A stretch of 64,000 nucleotides of DNA from NCBI RefSeq assembly GCF_000281045.1, contig NW_008246083.1:350625-414624 (forward strand), written 5' to 3'. The position numbers and the translations under genes were made by a program. Shown in pieces: positions 59,623-64,000 of this stretch (positions within the stretch are counted from its first letter, which is position 1; the number at the start of each line of letters is the position of its first letter). The DNA comes from Saprolegnia diclina VS20 (lineage: Eukaryota). The notes beneath the pieces are model-generated. The model made no database searches. It was not told the origin of the DNA and saw only the letters and a list, made by a program, of their open reading frames with translations.

Positions 59623-60102
59623 ATGAGCAACAAGCGCAAGGAGCTGCCCGTCGGGTTCTTTGACGATCCGCTGGCGGACGCCAAGGCGCGGAAGCTCAAC
59701 ATCAAGGAAGAAGTCGCCAAGGCGCAGGAGAAGGAGTGGGAGGACTTCCAGTCCTTTGTCGCCACCGTCGAGACCGAGGACCGCGACGAAGAGACCACCA
59801 AGGCCGACGAGGCGGCCGAGGAAGATGGCCTCGAGAAGCTCGAGCAAATGGAATACATGGAGCGGCTGCGCAAGACGCTTTTGCGTGTAAGCAAGAAAGA
59901 GTCTGGCGCCGACGATGACAAGGACGCCAACGACGACAATGCTGAGGACGAGGCGAGCGTCATCACGGACGCGACCGACCCGCCCGTCGATATCATGTCC
60001 GAGGTTCTCAAAGCTCGCTCCAAGGCCAAGGCTAAGGCCGTCCCTGTCGACGACGATGATGAAGACTTGGATCTTTTGGACTGGCGGGCGAAGCGACATT
60101 AG
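59623..60102 (+). CDS. ZNF830/CCDC16 C-terminal-like protein
   Basis: LPVGFFDDPLADAKAR...EKEWEDFQ...acidic tract...LLDWRAK. Confidence 0.75.
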   Translation: MSNKRKELPVGFFDDPLADAKARKLNIKEEVAKAQEKEWEDFQSFVATVETEDRDEETTKADEAAEEDGLEKLEQMEYMERLRKTLLRVSKKESGADDDKDANDDNAEDEASVITDATDPPVDIMSEVLKARSKAKAKAVPVDDDDEDLDLLDWRAKRH

Positions 60103-60173
60103 ATGGTAGGCGAACGTGAAGAATGCAAAGGGTTGAAACATCATATTCGACGGCTTTAACGCGAGAATGGCGC

Positions 60174-61418
60174 TTACGCGACCAGGTGCGTGATCCCGTA
60201 CAAGATGACGCCGCAGCCGATCATGAGGACGGGTGTGTCCATCGTATGTGGCGCCGTCGCCTCGGCGTACGCCATCGTCGGCGGCAGGATGAGCATCGCG
60301 AGAAGCACCTGCGTGAAGCTTTCGAAGTTGGCGTACTGGAGCGCGGGGAAGATCATGCCCGAGAGGAAGACGCACGCCGAGCCTTCCCACGACCGCGTGT
60401 ACTTGCGCGCCGAGAAGCAGCTCCGCGTCTTGTACTTGTGCTTGCCCCAGGCAATGCCCACGGGCTCGGCGAGGCCGTCGCCGATACCCGTGATGAAGAC
60501 AATGATGAACGTCAAAGCACCTTGCTCGCCATAGAGCCACTTGAAGAACATGATAATGAAGAGACCCGGCGCGATGTTGCCGGCAATGATCCAGTTGAGC
60601 GTGTGCGGGCGGTCCTCGGGGCGGTCGAGGGAGTTGAACTGGAGCATAAAGAAGGTCGCCGACTCGCGAATCGGCTTGATCAAGACGAGGAAGCCGAGCA
60701 TCGTGAAAAAGTCGCCCCACCCGAGAGCAAGCGGGCCGTGGTAGTTGCTGTGGATCACGAGGGGCACCATATACGCGGCAAAGTGCTGGAGCTTCCGAGT
60801 GTAGTTGACCTTGAACACCGACGACTTGTTGGTCATGATGTAGCCCTTGCCATCGACTTCACAGAAACAGCGGCACACAAGGCCGCCGAGAAGCGACACA
60901 GCCATCATGCAGCCGAGCTTTGGCAGCTGGATGAGCCAAAAGTCAATCGACGAAAAGTACTCGGGCGCGTACAAATACGTCAAGACGAGGAGGACGACGA
61001 GGTACAAGATCATGCCGAGCAAGAAGATCATGTCGAACGTCTGCGTCCACGGCGCATCGTAGTCGCCGGCAACATCGCCTTCCTCGCAGAGCGACGACTT
61101 TTCCTTCTTGATCTTGTTGAGCGCGTCCTTGTCGTCGGTCGAGCCGTACTTGGGCCCGGCAAACTTGGGCAGGCTGTTGCCCTCGGGCACCTTCCAGATG
61201 CAGCGGAGGAAGATGTAGATCAAGATGAGCGCGACGATCGGAAGCCCGATGATCGTAACCTGCTGCGTCAGCGTGATGTGGTCTGCCCAGCTCGAGGTCA
61301 AAGGCGCCGAGGTCAAGGCCGCGACCGCATGCGTGGCTGCCGCGTGCGTGGCCGGCGCATGCGTGGCCGGCGCAAGCGTCGTCGCCAGTCCAGGCGTGGG
61401 CTTGGGTGTTGCGCTCAT
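60174..61418 (-). CDS. Polytopic membrane protein, CTP-dependent kinase family (phytol/dolichol/DAG kinase-like)
   Basis: NYTRKLQHF, GIGDGLAEPVG..WGKHK, RSWEGS and terminal DT motifs; multiple TM helices. Confidence 0.75.
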   Translation of the reverse strand: MSATPKPTPGLATTLAPATHAPATHAAATHAVAALTSAPLTSSWADHITLTQQVTIIGLPIVALILIYIFLRCIWKVPEGNSLPKFAGPKYGSTDDKDALNKIKKEKSSLCEEGDVAGDYDAPWTQTFDMIFLLGMILYLVVLLVLTYLYAPEYFSSIDFWLIQLPKLGCMMAVSLLGGLVCRCFCEVDGKGYIMTNKSSVFKVNYTRKLQHFAAYMVPLVIHSNYHGPLALGWGDFFTMLGFLVLIKPIRESATFFMLQFNSLDRPEDRPHTLNWIIAGNIAPGLFIIMFFKWLYGEQGALTFIIVFITGIGDGLAEPVGIAWGKHKYKTRSCFSARKYTRSWEGSACVFLSGMIFPALQYANFESFTQVLLAMLILPPTMAYAEATAPHTMDTPVLMIGCGVILYGITHLVA

Positions 61419-63753
61419 CGTCGTCGCCAGCGGAGCTCACTGGTTTTTCGAAAATGACGCGGATCCAAGCTTGGACAAACATCAAAAGATAGAGGTGGCT
61501 TTGCACCTCAGACTTCAACATCATACAAACATCAAGTGTATTTTGAAAACCTCTCACAAGGAATACAGAAGCGAAACCGTTGGCAGAGCTTCCATGGTTT
61601 GGTCGTTTTTTCACTTGGTGTTTGTATAGGTCGCAGCGAAATTCGATGAAACCAAATCCAAAATCCACAGCAGGATCGCTCACGACAGACGTCGCCGGAG
61701 AGAAGGCGCGTACCGTTGGTCCAAGCGGCTTTGGCTGCTCGAGTACGTCCAATTCTGCGACGAAAAAGATCCTGTGTGGATTGATCGTGATCGGCAGCAA
61801 CTTCAACGCAGGACCGGGACCTCTATAAATTCATAATATAAAGTAATACTATTTCAATACGAGCAATTCCGACTGCAGATGGTGTCAGACTAACACTATT
61901 ATCGTGCACAGAAAGGCAGCCGGTTAATCCGTCCGCAAAAACGGACCAATAGGATCACGTTGGTGCGATCCAGCAGAATGAGCAAATAATACCCTTGGCA
62001 GCAGCAACCCATGACGATGGACTGCAGAACCTTTGCAGCTTCCTGTGTCCCTATGGTCTTATTCGTCTGGAGCCACCTAGTGCTCTAGGCTTCTAGTAAT
62101 TGGTATCCTCATGGGGTGCCGCCACGTTCTTGTCTTTATGCTTCTGAAAGCGTACATATTTGTGTCACCACAAGTGCACACTCCTGCATGCGTCGGTGCT
62201 ATCTGCAGCCCTATAAAAGCGTCACGAGCGTCATCCTGCCTTGTCGCGATGATGAGCTCCGTCGTCATGACGAGGTGCCACTACTACCGTATAAGTATAC
62301 GTACAAACACAGTGCAGCACCATTCTCGGTGCATGTCTGTACGCATCAAGCAGGTACATTCAAAGTCTTAGCGCGGCTTACTTATTCCGTTAGTGTCTCT
62401 ACCATCCCTGCCGTAGCCAGCTCCTTCTTCCACCTCAAAGCCGATAACGACAAGAAAGACTACGAATTGCATACCAGATCGATCGCGGCGACACCCACTT
62501 TGTTCGTACCGCGCACCAGAATCGGCGCACGAGGCGTCGCCAGCTCATGGCTTCCCCTGGCTTCTCGGCATACCGCCGCCTTTACCTGCTTCAGAGCCGT
62601 GCACGTTGCCAGCACTGGCACCATTGGCTGCCACAACGCAAATGCGCCACTCGCCGCTCTCGTAGGCACGTGCTCTTGAAGCTTTGGCTTTGTCACACTT
62701 GCTTCAAGAATACCTTCGCCAGCTGGTGCCGCACTGTGGACACGGGCGTCGTCGGCAGCGCGAGGTCTGCGCTCGCACCCGCCGCTCCTATGGCTCGCGG
62801 CTGCGCTACGACTGGCCACTACGTACTGTGTCCGGTCGCTGCTTCAACTGCGGACGTCAGGCGTCTGTCCGAGCCACTTCACTTCGTTTCGACAGGCGGC
62901 AGCTGGGCGCGTCATATGCTAGGCCAATCACACGAGGGGTAGCAATCGGACCAATGAGACACGAGGGCGCTATCACCAAGATATCTCATCATCGTCTCAT
63001 TTGGTCGCCCGAAAAGCAACCTGGGATGGCCGGCCAAAGCGTCAGCGCGAGGCAGGAAAAAACACGCTTATAGCTCACTCTGCCTGTGATTGAACGAGAT
63101 ACTACTTGACGTAGTCAAGAAGTCCGCACGGGTCAGCACTGCGTGTCGGCAACCTCTGACGTGATGCAAATGTTGATGCAAACACATATCCTAGCGGTGT
63201 GTGTCTTTACAACACTGCGATGAATCAGCTCTACCGGGTGCGGAGATGCGACCCAGGTTGTACCGTGCGTCGACCGTATCCTCGCCCAGGTACCCGCACT
63301 GTCTAGCCAGGTGCGGGCGAGGGTGGTGGCCAGCAAGGCTACGTCGGTCGTTGCTTTGGCTGGTCCAGCACTGCCAAAGCGCACCACTACGTTGATAGAA
63401 AGCGTATGCATCACGTCGTGGCAGCACATCATTGGTCGTGTCCCGCCGCATCCAACCACTGAACGGCAGCGAACGCGCCGGAAGCAGACCATGTGGGCGC
63501 TTAAGAGACGTTTCTGACCATTGCAAGCTCATTTGAGACGGTTTGGATAAATTTGGCCGGAAAGGACATTGCACTTGCGGTCATTGGCGCGGAGATGGCT
63601 CGCCTGGACTTCCGTGGCTATGCCCGCTCTGATCTCACGCAGGTGTACGGTAGGTCCAGTGCCCAGCTGGCGACGAGCGCTGCCTCAACAAACGCTTCGA
63701 GCCGCTTTTCCTCTACTTCATTCCTGGATTCGCCTCGCACTCCACACTACGCC

Positions 63754-64000
63754 ATGGCGCATCCTTCCGAGACGCCGTACGTCCAGCCGTCGACGGGCAT
63801 CGCCGACGGCATCGCGCGCAAGGTCATGTTCTTCGGCATCCTCGCCGTCTTCCTCCTCATCAACGTCATCGTCTTGTACGCGCTGCACTTTACGTCGGCC
63901 GGCGTCCCGGCCTCGGCGTCCAACGTCAAAGTCTCGAGCGACGCGTTCAAGGTCGGCTCCATCGACAAGAAGGTCGTGAGCTTCGGCGAAGACGGCGCGA
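63754..64000 (+). CDS. 5' part of a probable type II membrane protein (runs off the window)
   Basis: MAHPSETPYVQ...RKVMFFGILAVFLLINVIVLYAL; strong coding codon bias; open to the window end. Confidence 0.65.
   Translation, partial: MAHPSETPYVQPSTGIADGIARKVMFFGILAVFLLINVIVLYALHFTSAGVPASASNVKVSSDAFKVGSIDKKVVSFGEDGA

Noticed and set aside
59293..61457. Long antisense or alternate-frame ORFs (also over the trypsin, histone and NIPBL genes)
   Set aside because: Shadow ORFs caused by high GC3 codon bias of the real genes.
61500..63700. Possible genes in the terminal intergenic region
   Set aside because: Short ORFs without coding bias or motifs; cannot be supported.

Overview
Gene-dense, GC-rich eukaryotic DNA. 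The many very short (~40-50 nt) GT-AG introns and the gene families present point to an oomycete, most likely Saprolegniales (inference). About 36 protein genes are supportable. Conserved housekeeping genes include ORC1, KEOPS Pcc1, a divergent H2A.X/H2B pair plus a second inverted H2A.X, NIPBL/Scc2, Rav1/DMXL, a multi-BRCT protein, DCTN6, and TBC1D7-, ZNF830- and PROSER3-like genes. Also present are a Cdc25-like rhodanese, a class V aminotransferase and an RCC1-BTB protein. The most unusual items are: (1) an intronless secreted trypsin with an intact triad fused to a dithiol glutaredoxin; (2) a histone H3 variant lacking K9, S10, the K27 context, K79 and K122; (3) an F-box protein apparently built on USP7-type MATH and UBL modules; (4) histone 3' stem-loops, each preceded by a second hairpin; (5) a secreted protein with a repeated 8-Cys module; (6) three tandem PX proteins with a conserved Cys/His cluster. 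There are four assembly gaps. No rRNA, tRNA, CRISPR array or intact transposon was seen. Boundaries of spliced genes were read by eye and are approximate. Family calls come from recalled motifs, not database searches.
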